A DNA stretch of 64,000 nt, from contig NC_043004.1 in NCBI RefSeq assembly GCF_006345805.1, positions 32,674,001-32,738,000 of the forward strand. Direction: 5' to 3'. Positions 51,219 to 63,898 of the stretch are shown in pieces; position 1 is the stretch's first letter; each line of letters starts with the position of its first letter. Origin of the DNA: Octopus sinensis. Lineage: Eukaryota. Made by a program: the position numbers and the translations under genes. A model generated the notes under the pieces. It was not told where the DNA came from. It did no database searches and was given only the letters and a program-made list of their open reading frames with translations.

Positions 51219-51494
51219 TGTATATATATATATGTATATATATATATAAGTATATATGTATTTATATATGTATATGCATCTATGTATATTTATATATATG
51301 TATGTATATATATATGTATGTGTATGCATATATATATGTATGTATATATATATATATGTATATATGTATGCATGTATATATATATATATATATATGCATG
51401 TATATATATGTGTATATATATGTATATATTTATGTATGTATATATGTGTATGTATGTATGTATGTATAATATTTACAAGGAAAAAGCTGAAAGC

Positions 51495-51528
51495 GACTTT
51501 GAAGTTTCGGTCTGATCACCATCATCAG
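51495..51528 (-). ncRNA. Hammerhead core motif, stem I unpaired
   Basis: CTGATGA T GGT GATCAG ACC GAAA CTT CA AAG TC. Confidence 0.55.
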
Positions 51529-51943
51529 AAATTATTGTACTTATAAACTACTGACACGAATATGTTTCTCAACGACGCAGGAAATTCTCTTCATTCTTGC
51601 GTTTAGTTTTGGGTATACATTAAACGAACAAAACAGAAGGGCTAATTGCTATAGCCCTTCCATTAAAGGCCAGGGATATAGGAAATTGGGGAAGAGAACA
51701 CACTACAAGGACACTCTAAATTGCTGTGTTCTGCTGTGTTTTTACGCCTAATATTGAAGACTTGAACTCGTAATCTAGAAATTGAAATGAAATGCTGTAA
51801 ATCACCCTACTGTCTTTATTTCTTTCAATTTATGATAATAAATTAAATGAATTTAACATAGTGGTAGATGAGATCAACCCATGGTCCTAAGGGTGTATCA
51901 CTGAAAACTTCGTCTGGATAAGTTATGGATCTAGAAAACTCCA

Positions 51944-52099
51944 TCTCATCTCTCTAGGCTATATGTACGGATGCTGAACTCAGCCGTGCAACTCAATGAA
52001 TGCTTTTTTCCAATGTTACAGTCTCATCTCTCTAGGCTATATGTACGGATGCTGAACTCAGCCTTGCAACTCAATGAATGCTTTTTTCCAATGTTACAG
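51944..52099. repeat. 78-bp tandem duplication
   Basis: Units 51944-52021 and 52022-52099 differ at one base. Confidence 0.95.
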
Positions 52100-52339
52100 T
52101 CGTTGTTTTAAAATGAACAATTTTTTTGTTTGCATTATTAAAAAATTTATATCGGACTCGACGGTCCGATAGAAAGCAACGACTTAGTTCAGTTCAGAAA
52201 AGTTTGATGTTTAAATGAGTTAAGTGTTAGAAGAGATATTTCTCACAAATGATACACACGGGAAAATTGTCTGATAGACAAGGGGAAGGGAGAGAGAAAA
52301 AGAGATGGATTGAGCATTTCAATATACTCAAGGTTTGGA

Positions 52340-53430
52340 GGGCGGCCATATTAGCTGATAATATCTTTCCTTTCTGGAAGTGATCTCTTACAGTAACGAT
52401 AAAGTCCAGGGAAGAGGTTGCCGAGAAAACGCCGAGAGGTGCTGATTGATTGGCCATTAGAAAGAGTCTGGCTAATTTCTTGTTAGATGGGGGGGGGGGG
52501 GGGTCACATTTTGGCGCAAATTTCAACATAGAGTAGATTTTGCCAATAGAATTTTGTTTAATATTTGCAGCTGTTGCTGTGATTGATTACCAATCGAATT
52601 ACATTTAACAGATGAGTAATGGTCGGGTGAGGTCAGTTCGAACGGGAATCAAGCAAATTAATAGCAGCAGTTCTCTGAAGTTACTAGATTTGATCTATAT
52701 ATATAAACAGACTGGCTGTTTGTTTTTCTGCGATTGGTCAAGTGATGTAGACACCTTTGATGAGATACCAATAAGGATCGAAAATCGATCAAGGTTGTCC
52801 ATTAGTTTTTGTCGATCTACTGTATATTTATTTGACTATGTGCGTGTATGAATGAGAGACTAACAAACCCGGGTACAGAAGGCTAGCAGTGACGAAATCG
52901 CTACACACTGCAGCCATTACGTATAGCGCTGACGTTTTTCGTTTTTAATCTGTGATACTTATCTACAGCTGCATGGACTGAGCTAATTAAGAGTTAAGTG
53001 TCTTAGCCAGGAAAACAACCCTCTCCGTTGGTTATCTGGTATACTATCAATATGGTCAATCGTGCTCTCGCGAGATGAGCACGGAAACTGTAAAATCAAT
53101 TCCTGCTTGGACAGACAATAGGTTTTAGTGTAAATGGGAGAAAAACACGAAATGTGGCTGCAGTTTAGAAAGTGGAAATTCATTCACGCAATTACTCTCT
53201 CTTCGCTCCCTCTTGAAGCAAAGAGACCAGCACGCTTATCTTCTCTCTCCTTTCGACCTCTCGGCAGTGTTCTTGAAGGCAACCAATAAAGGCAAATCTG
53301 AAACTCTTCACCATGGCAACAAAGTGACGTCATGGAAGTTAACAAAGGGCATTATTACCGAAATGGATATTATCATTATTATCTGCTAAAAATTGTAGCC
53401 GCCATAACTCAAAACGATTACCACGTGACT
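52340..53430. promoter_or_regulatory. Putative promoter or enhancer (motif cluster in non-repetitive, CpG-retaining DNA)
   Basis: Six CCAAT boxes, TTTTGGCGC, TCTCGCGAGA, CCATGGCAAC, TGACGTCA, CACGTGAC and two GCCAT (YY1-like) motifs. Motif evidence only. Confidence 0.4.
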
Positions 53431-54646
53431 TGAGTTTTCTGGGAACGACGATGATTGAAGAGGAAGTACTCCATTTTCCGATAGGTTCGTATATTGATCC
53501 ATCAACCATCATATGACAAACGAAATAAAATTAAAAACAAATGCATTAATAAGTTAATTTCAATTAATTACATATTTCATAATTAGTGGCAGCAATAAAA
53601 TATTTAATAACTGTAATTTTTAACATTGCATCTCCAAAATTAATCAATATTTTTGTTTATCATTTACATGTTTATTTAAGAATAATGAGTCTGCGAACAT
53701 TCTATTATAATGTATATGTACATACATATACATTCGTACATATATACATACATTCATACATACATGTAGTTTTATGTCGAGTTACGTATGAAAGCAATTT
53801 AACGTTAAATCGAAGGATTACTGAGAGCTACCAAAACCATTTTACTCTCTCTCTCTTTTATATGTGTGTGTTTAAACACTAAAAGCACACACACACACAC
53901 ACTTATTTCGAATGCCAATAGTTTTACATCAACCGCCAGATATTATTGTTTCAATACAAATAACGTTACTCAGAGAATAGCTAAAGGTAAACCAAATTTG
54001 TCTTTTATTGTGGTGGTTTCCTCCATATAATACTGCAGTATTGGAAGCATCAAGAATTAACAACTTGGAATGTTGCCCGTCATATAACAACTGGTAACTT
54101 CGGAAGTCTATCTATTGCTACCCTGGGTAACATCAGGAAATATGGCATATATACAATAATTAATTTTTATAAAATTTCTAGGTTCTTATACAAAACGATG
54201 AATACCAATTTTGAAAAGAAAAACAAATATTTCTTCAAAATGAAATTAAATAAATTTCTCAGTTGTATAACTATTCTGTCATTTACTCTCTCCCTTCATT
54301 CCCTTCTTCCTCCTCCCCCTCCTTGTTCTATAGTTGTTTCTCTCCACTCATCCTACACCTCTTATGTTAACTTCTCTCTCTCTCTCTTTTACTCTCTCTC
54401 CCTCTCCTTCTATACGATGTAAAGCGTGGCTGGAGATATCAATCAATCAACCAGCCATCCAGCTAGCCAACCAATCCGGGATCCATTTCACCGTTGGAGG
54501 TCTCCACATGATTTTGTTGTTAAAGTTTATGGGCAATAAATTGGTTACTCTTTTACAACACAAGATATCTTAACTTTTTTTTAATACCATTCCTAATAAT
54601 ATTTAATTATAAAAACACTATATAGTATTTTTAAAACGCCGCATAA

Positions 54647-55037
54647 TCTCTATATATATAAAGCTGAAGTTGTCTATGTATGGCAGGTTTGGTAGCCTTC
54701 AACTAGCACTATCTCCTCCGAGACCCTGCGGCGCAAATTGACCAAACTTGAGAATATGATAGAAGAAGGCTTACTCTTCCTTCCGTAGTAGAGAAAATTC
54801 AAATTGGACCATGTTAAGACAAAAAATTATTTATATCAAAAAGGTGCTTTTTTTCTATGAAAATCCTTATTTTTACGATTTTTTGACTGCTGTGTCAGCA
54901 TTTTTCGGTCTATTTCAACCAGAAAAATGTTCACTTAAAGAGAATAACAAGCTACATAATGCAACAGTTTTACTTTTCAAAAATTCCAATTCTAAATGGT
55001 CGAAACAAACCCGAGCAACGCTGGGCGATACTGCTAG
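54647..55037 (+). mobile_element. Non-autonomous Helitron
   Basis: A|TC start, CCCGAGCAACGCTGGG hairpin, CTAG|T end. Confidence 0.85.
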
Positions 55038-55377
55038 TTATGAATAAAAATCAAAGGGTTTCATAGGTAAAAAATGATTGAGAAACACTGAAAAAAGCTA
55101 TTAATTATATAATCATTTCAGATTTGAATGACGTAGTGAAACCGTCACAGATGCGACAACAGATTGCGACGGCCATATTTTCTTCTCTTGTTTCTGTAAT
55201 ACATACATCTCCTGCAAAAGCAGACGACACTGTCACACGCATAAATATGTAATATATAATATTGAAAAATCTTATGAATAAAACAACATAACAAATGAAT
55301 AATGAGTGGAAACGAAAGCGATATTTATACTTTGTGTTAAGTTAGAAAACATCTTTATAATTTTGAGCTTTTCATGA

Positions 55378-55444
<67 letters not shown>

Positions 55445-55798
55445 ACGATATATATATATATTGCGCGGTATTTTTTTTCACAATAATCATGATAATTCTC
55501 AATGAAAATATTGAATCTAGTTTCAGTAAATTTCGTTATTTTTCTTAAAGTTTATCAAATATAAAGAGACAAAGCGATACAGATCAAAACAGGATGGTTA
55601 CCATAGCGACGACGTGTCTCGGCACACGAATGTAATGTTGATGTTTGTTTTTTAATATCATCTTACTGCTAAGTCTGGAATGTGCGTGCGCGCGCGTGCG
55701 TATGTGTGTATACATACATATATTCATGTATGCGCGTGTGTGTGTATGCATGTATGTATGTATGTATGTATGTATGTATGTATGTATGTATGTATGTA

Positions 55799-55841
<43 letters not shown>

Positions 55842-55845
<4 letters not shown>

Positions 55846-55882
55846 CGATGACAGCTTATCTAGCCGAAACTTCGAAGTCACT
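55842..55882 (+). ncRNA. Minimal hammerhead motif, core partly mutated
   Basis: AGT TCGATGA C AGCT TATCT AGCC GAAA CTT CG AAG TC ACT, immediately after (TA)n. Confidence 0.6.
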
Positions 55883-56000
55883 GTCAATTTTATTATTCTT
55901 TATAATAAATTTACACTCTTCAAAAGTATGTAGTAACTCTTCAGATCAATGTACAATTGTTTTTATCATAACAGAAAAGAAAAACAAACAGACGTACACA

Positions 56001-56037
<37 letters not shown>

Positions 56038-56063
56038 TGCGTGTGTGCATGCGTGCATATATA

Positions 56064-56340
56064 TATATAATATATTAATAAATAAAATAAAACATATGCA
56101 TATATATAAACATATATGTACGTACCTACCTCTACATGTACATATACACGCATATATGAGTACAGGACACCAAAAGGACGTCGAACACAATGAGAGACGA
56201 AAACATAGACACAAACCAAAGGAACTGGACGTTTATTTAAAAACAGCAAAAAAAAAAAATAGAGTACAGGACAATTAACACAAGGAATTAACCCCTTCTT
56301 CAGTCGCTAAAGGTTTCATCTACTCTACGTTTCGAATATA
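56064..56340. repeat. (TA)n-associated repeat with inverted relatives at 56660-56900 and 60594-60780
   Basis: Shared CATATATGTACGTACCTAC.TCTACATGTA...GAGTACAGGAC.CCA segment. Confidence 0.85.
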
Positions 56341-56919
56341 TATATATATATATTTATCGACTACTTCCTTTCGCCTGCAGCCTCCTAAAAGTGAACACAT
56401 TTTCTTAAGAATCTTTCCTCGTCTAGGCCAAAATAAGGGCCTCATTGTTTGTTTTCTTGTTTGTTTTTATTTCTTGTACTGTATTTTTTCGTAATTGTAT
56501 TTTTATTTTGTATTTTATTTTGTATTTTATTTTGTAATTTTATTTGTATCGTTTTTACGTCCTGTTTTTGTCACATTTTATTCTTTCCTTGTTTTTACCC
56601 CTCTGCGAAGTAATTTTATTTAATTCTTTCGCAGGAAGGGTTAGTTCGACGAGTCGTGTTCTGTCCTCACCTTCGAAACACGCTGGAGTTGAACTAGGGA
56701 CAGCTGATGAAGAGGAATTTTCCTTGTGTAGTTTGTCTTGTACTCTGTTTTTTCATTGTTAAAAAAGGTCCGTTTCCATGTTTGTTTTTACGTTTTCGTT
56801 TCTCGTTGAGTTCTACGTCTATTTGTGGTGTCCTGTACTCACGTATATATATTTATATATGCATGTATATATACATGTAGATGTAGGTACGTACATATAT
56901 GTATGTATGCATATATTTT

Positions 56920-57237
56920 AAATATTACACTATATATATATAATAATATATATATATATATATATAATATTTATATTACATATATAATATTTATATTACC
57001 TATATATATATAATATATATATATATATTTATATTACATATATATATATATATTACATATATATATATATTACATATATATATATATATTACATAATATA
57101 TATATATATTACATATATATAATATATATATTTATATACATATATAATATATATATATATTATATTTATATTACATATATATATATATAATTATATATTT
57201 ATATTACATATATATATATATATATATATATTTATAT

Positions 57238-57268
<31 letters not shown>

Positions 57269-57296
57269 TATATTCATATATATATATTTATATTAC

Positions 57297-57341
<45 letters not shown>

Positions 57342-57514
57342 TACATATATATATATATATATATTTATATTACATATATATTATATATATATATATTTAT
57401 ATTACATATATAATAATATATATAATATATATATATATTTATATTACATATATATATATATCTATATATATATATATATAATTTATATTACAATATATAT
57501 ATATATATATTTAT

Positions 57515-57556
<42 letters not shown>

Positions 57557-57810
57557 CATATATATATATAATATTTATATTACATATATAATATATATAT
57601 ATAATATATATTTATATTACATATATTATATATATATATATATTTATATTACATATATATATATATATATATATTTTATTACATATAATATATATATATA
57701 TATATATTATATTACATATATATATATATATATATAATTTATATTACAATATATATATATATATAATATTTATATTACATAATATATATATATATATATA
57801 TATATTTATT

Positions 57811-57859
<49 letters not shown>

Positions 57860-57987
57860 TACATATATATATATTATATATTTATATTACATATATATAT
57901 ATATATATATATTTAATTACATATATAATATATATAATATATATATATATATATATTTATATTACATATATATATATATATTTATAT

Positions 57988-58029
<42 letters not shown>

Positions 58030-58290
58030 ATTACATATATATATATATATATATATATATAGATATATATTTTATATTGCATATATATATATATAGATAT
58101 ATTTATATTACATATATATATCTATATATATATATTTATATTACATATATTATATATATATATTTATATTACATATATATATATCTATATATATATAATA
58201 TTTATATTACATATATATATAATATTTATATTACCTATATATATATATATATATATAGATATATATATATATTTATATATTTATATTAAT
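56920..58290. repeat. About 1.4-kb (TA)n-derived minisatellite with TTTATATTAC core
   Basis: Core recurs dozens of times between variable (TA)n runs; also seen at 58780-58900. Confidence 0.9.
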
Positions 58291-58535
58291 TAATTTTACC
58301 CTCAATTGTTGAAATTATAATTCATCTCTCTCTATTTAATGCCTCGGATTTTACCGAAAAAGCATAGTGTTTACTGATTTTAGCCCACGCTGGTGGAAAG
58401 GGGAGAGCAGAAATTCTTCGCTTGCATATTTCAGTTTGCTGGCACTGTTAGTTTCGAGCAGATCTTCAGAAGCGATAAGAAGCCGAAAGGGTATGCTCCC
58501 ACTTTCAGTGTTTTCAAATCCAAACCAAGGAGTTC

Positions 58536-58587
58536 TGAGCTGATGATAGAAATGTCGAGTTGACTAATCTTGAAACGTACGTTCTCA
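58536..58587 (+). ncRNA. Hammerhead ribozyme motif, canonical core
   Basis: TGAG CTGATGA [25-nt stem II region] GAAA CG TA CG TT CTCA; 4-bp stem I and palindrome AACGTACGTT. Confidence 0.6.
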
Positions 58588-59401
58588 AATAACCTTTGCA
58601 TTTGATTTTTTAATGTCTTTACCCCCATACTTTCGTGAGTTGAATTGAGCAAACACTATATGAGAGAGGTTTTCTTTAAGTATTAGAAATAGTTTTAAAA
58701 AAGTTTTTTTAGCTACTATTTCTAATGAGTTCAGTATGCGGCAAGTAATTTATTTTACTAAGCCCTTTTATATAATATATATATTTATATATATATTTAT
58801 ATTACATATATATATATTTATATTACATATATATTTATATTTATATATATATATTTATATTACATATATATATATATTTATATTATATATATATATTTAT
58901 ATTACACACACACATATATTTATATATATTTATTTCATATATGTATATATATATATATATATGTACATATATATGTGTATAGATATATCTATACATATAT
59001 ACATACATACATACATACATACATACACACAATCATGCACACACGCCTGTATATACTTAATATATCTGTGTTTATCTCTGCCGCTGTACCAATTTGTCTC
59101 AAATATCTTCCCGCGTCATTTTTCAGTTTAACCTACTTTTAAGCATTTCAATATGTTTACCTCGGCAACCGTCGTTGCACTTGATGGTCAGCTAGCGTAT
59201 TAATGAGTCTGTGGGTGGTGGACCAGATTAATGTCCTAAACAATTTAGAGTATGCGGAATTATTCATTTCGTAATGGTGCAGGCTAGAAACTCACTTTTG
59301 CATAGCGAGGTGTGTGCCAGTCAGTTATTGATGAATTGATCTTAAACGAGATTTACTTCAATCAGGGCAGATTTCGAATAAGTTCAAAAGACAAATATAA
59401 T

Positions 59402-59835
59402 AGGCGTAAGAGTGGCTGTGTGGTAAGTAGCTTGCTTACAAACCACATGGTTCCGGGTTCGGTCCCACTGTGTGGCACCTGGGGCAAGTGTCTTCTACTA
59501 TAAGCCACAGGCCGACCAAAGCTTTGTGAGCGGATTTGGTAGACGGAAACTGAAAGAAACCCGTCGTATATATATATATATATATATATATCGGTCTCTT
59601 TTGCCGAACCGCTAAGTTACGGGGACATAAACATATCAGCATCGGTTGTCAAGAGATGTTAGGGGGGGGGGGCAAACACAGACACACACACACACACACA
59701 TACATATGCATATATATACATATATATATATACCTATGTTATCGGTCTCTTTTGCCGAACCGCTAAGTTACGGGGACATAAACATACCAGCATCAGTTGT
59801 CAAGAGGTGCATATATATACATATATTATATATAT

Positions 59836-59869
<34 letters not shown>

Positions 59870-60030
59870 ATAGTTATCGCCATACTAATATGGCATTCTT
59901 ATAAAAATAAGAAAAAAGCTGTCCGCTTATTAGCTCCATGAGGCCTATATATGCATATGTATGTGTGTCTGTGTTTGTCCCCCCCTAACATCTCTTGACG
60001 TAAACATACCAGCATCGGTTGTCAAGAGAA
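59402..60030 (+). mobile_element. Rearranged SINE family A
   Basis: Plus-strand head followed by inverted and duplicated pieces of the 3' half. Confidence 0.85.
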
Positions 60031-60537
60031 TTGGTGAAACCCCTTAATTTTTATTAACATGACTTCCTTATTACGTCGCATCCATTGGTACCTGCTTGTA
60101 TTAGTACCTATTAGTGATATCTTCAAGCATTTCAGAAAGTCCACCGTCTCAACGTATTTATAGCTTGCATAGAACGACGCCATTGAGAAAGGCAGTTCGG
60201 TTGCTTGCATGTCGACGCATGATTGCCAACACAGCTACATGTGAGCAATGCAACAACTTCTGAGCCGCACTGAAAGAACCGACAGGATGTGTTGGTATTG
60301 TTCCTGTCCATTTACGTTATATATATATATATATATAATAATGATAATAATATTAGGGAGTATAACTCCAAACTTATAGGGAAAAATTCAATTTAGTATT
60401 AAATCAAATTTCACAGTATAAATATATAAAATATAAAATATGAATTAGAGATAAAACCACTATTATGCAACTCAAACAGCGATAGACATAAACCAATACA
60501 TAAATAACACATTATATATATATAATATATATATATT

Positions 60538-60588
<51 letters not shown>

Positions 60589-60915
60589 ATATATATTGCT
60601 GTTTTTAAATAAATGTCCGGTTCCTTTGGTTTGTGTCTGTTTTCGTTTCTCATTGTGTTCGACGTCTTTTTGGCGTCCTGTACTCATATATGCGTGTATA
60701 TGTACATGTAGAGGTAGGTACGTACATATATGTTTATATATATGCATATGTTTTATTTTATTTATTAATATATTATATATGTATATATGTGTATATATAT
60801 GTGTATATATATGTGTATATATATATGTGTATATATATGTCTATATATATATGTGTATGTATATGTGTATGTATATGTGTATATATATATGTATATATAT
60901 ATGTATATATATATG

Positions 60916-60948
<33 letters not shown>

Positions 60949-61003
60949 TTATATATATATGTATATATATATTTATATATATATATATGTATATATATAT
61001 ATT

Positions 61004-61048
<45 letters not shown>

Positions 61049-62289
61049 GTATATATATATGTATATATATATATTGATTACGTCATAGGTTGTTTATATA
61101 GGATTATCGAATATCACTCTCGTCACTTCTGGGTCAACTTACTTTCAGTTTATAATTCCCTAAACTGCATATTAAACAAAGAATATGATATATTTACTAG
61201 AATGCATTATATTCTAGGAGCTACGATTGAGCCGGAATGTAGCTTGGGTTCCTTGCTGGAACACAGTGACCTCATTTCTGTTTTGTTTACGAAGTTGAAT
61301 AGTCTCACTTGAAGGCGTGCGCACACTCAGAGTATGTGATTGATATTCATATATTACAACGTTTGGTTTGGAACTAAATGGTACCTTGGGCCAGTGCAAT
61401 AAGAGATCGTTCATGATTCCGCCAGTGGTGCGTGGAAAAAAAATCATTCACGGATCTTATAAGCATAGTATTTCGATATTTGCTCGCGTGCGAGATGTGC
61501 GCGCCTAGCAATGCTCTCTCTCTCTTTCTTTCTCTCTGTCTCTCCCTTTCTCTCTCTCTCTGTCTCTCTCCCCCCTCTCTCTCTCTCGTGTGTATATATA
61601 TTAATGCAAGAGTTAAGCATATAAAACCTACTTTACATAGTGCAAACATTATCTCATGTAGGACGCAATACATGGGATTGGGCGGATAGATATGTATTTA
61701 TTATATCAAAAGTTGAAATTCGCGTGTGTGTGTATGTGTGTGTGTTTACATGTAGCTTTTCTCGTAAAGAGCGAAACACTCATCAATTCTAGAGTGCTTC
61801 TCCTGCCATAGATCGGCGAATTATATTAATTCTGTGACGTCTTCTTAGAGGTAAGTAAACTCGGCTGTTCAAGAGCCAAACGTGTAGATCTGTCCTGTTC
61901 ACTACTCATTGACCATTAGAAGGTACAAAACCCTAACCGCGCTCAACTGGTGTCTCTTGTCAACGTGGCCAACCACTCGGTAAGCTACAGGCTGAAACAG
62001 CTGAAGGAGAGTTGCCTGTGGCTGCATTGATAAGACACCAGCGGAAAGGTTTACAGTTCTTATCTTGTTACTGCAGGGTATCAAAGCCACTTGACTGAAA
62101 ATAGTCATCACATGAACGTTGAATGTCAAGTGGGCTCGGCATTACTCTAGCAACTGGAGTTTTTGAGTGCAAAATTGTTACAATAGTTTCATTGTGTTTC
62201 TGAGAATGGCGTTTTATTCAATGTGTTTGTTTTAGTTTATGGAAACGTTGGAAATATCAAGGAATCATTTGGAAATTTTTAGAGTTGAA

Positions 62290-62520
62290 CTAGGTGCTTA
62301 GGGTGTTGCTCTCACGATCATAAGATAGAGGTTTCGATTCCCGGGTCGAGCAGTGAATTGTGTTCTTGAGTAAAAAAAACTTCGTTTCACGTTGGTCCTT
62401 TCAGCTGTAAACCCCGCGACGGACTGACGTTCGTTCCATTCAGGGGATAATAATGACCCCCTCGGTTACGTATACAACCGGAATTGAAACAGGGTAATCA
62501 GCCCTCTTGAGACACTACTT
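62290..62520 (+). mobile_element. SINE family C-related, diverged
   Basis: GGTTTCGATTCCCGG B-box-like segment and TGTGTTCTTGAG core. Confidence 0.6.
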
Positions 62521-63424
62521 TCTCACTTGTCTAGCAAAATGACTTGATCTGAAACAGTGCGTCGACACAAGCAACTCCAGCATGGGCGAACAATTTAATA
62601 ATAACACACAACTAATAAACTGTTAAAATTATTTTAAATTCATTTCATGAGATGTAAAAATTTCGTCGCGCCTCTGCGACCTGGCCACTGATGCAATTCC
62701 AGAGCACCTCTGGAAATTTTATACCAGATAAACTAATGTTCTTTCCACGAAGATATTCCTCTGCTTCTGCTGTCAAACCACGAAAGTGTTCTAAGCAGGA
62801 GCCATTCTGCTCTTTATTCCTTAGAAGACAGACAATATCTTTCTTACAGTCAACAAGTGTAATCACCCATTAATGGATATGTCTAAATATTTAAAATAAT
62901 TGACACAAAAGGACAATATATTTTGCTTTGCGAGTATGGTACGAAGTTTCAGCTTTGTGAAAGAGGACGTTGTGATGTCCATGTTATGCTGCTGTATTTT
63001 TTTTTTATCTCTAGGTCAGACTTGATGGGGTTGATTTACGATCAAATACATTTCAACCGTGTCCATCCCGTCTTGTTTTCAAACATAATGATACCTGGCC
63101 ACATTATTTGAACTTGACCCTGTAGGATGTGTAACTTTGAAGAGAGATTTGGTGCTATTTCTATCATGCCGTGCAGTCACACTGAGGCTCCCCCCGTGGC
63201 GTAAGTAGTAGTAGTAGCAGTATGGAGGCATGCGCTGCAACAGCGCCTATTCCTGGCGGATTACATCTTTGCACCACCCAGGAAACTATTCTCCAATCCT
63301 TGGGTCTATTTTGGTTAGACGCTGCTGGCGAAGGTTTTACGAGGTCGGAGTGCAAAGTCAATATCTTTTAGTCTCCTCTTACGACACACAGAGGAAACGT
63401 TGGATTTATTCTTTGGCATGCCGG

Positions 63425-63558
63425 TCTCCGCATGGCACTAGAGCAACGTGAAATGAAGTGTTTTGCTCAGGAACACAACACACCGCTCAATCCGGGAATC
63501 GAACCTACGATCTGGTTATCATGACTATAACACCCTAACCACTAGGCCACGCGCCTGT
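63425..63558 (-). mobile_element. SINE family C-related head
   Basis: GCAACGTGAAATGAAGTGTTTTGCTCA...ACCACTAGGCCACGCGCC. Confidence 0.75.
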
Positions 63559-63898
63559 AAATAATGACGTAAGGAGTGCCTCTAATTGGAGAATTACTGA
63601 CGTTATGCGGTACTGAACTCTATCAATCGTATTTAGTTATTGTTTCTTTAAACAATGTCGTGGCAGACATCTTTTTAAACAAGCAAAAATTAAAACGTAA
63701 AGGTGAGACATGACAAATACAGGTGGCTGGTAAAAGGATATTTATAAATACCTTTTTATTGTTGGTATTTTGTAAAATTTTCGGTAAAATCACGACTTCG
63801 TGGTGATATTTCATCGTTTGTTAACCAAGGGTGAGATGACATGACTTGTCATAAGCCTAACAGACGCCATAATGACGATGTTTATCTAATTTTCTTCA

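Noticed and set aside
55145-55211. Possible minus-strand terminal exon (RCMYYRNKRRKYGRRNLLSHL*) after TTTTGCAG
   Set aside because: Short, all three frames are briefly open, no recognisable homology and no partner exon.
58445-58480. CTGAAGA..GAAAC on the minus strand
   Set aside because: No stem II, a GUG triplet and no stem I.
61812-61850. 39-nt segment with AG acceptor and GTAAGT donor
   Set aside because: Stops in all three frames and no supporting context.
62645-62866. 73-aa ORF with protein-like composition
   Set aside because: No recognisable motif, non-ATG start and weak splice signals; cannot be supported without a homology search.
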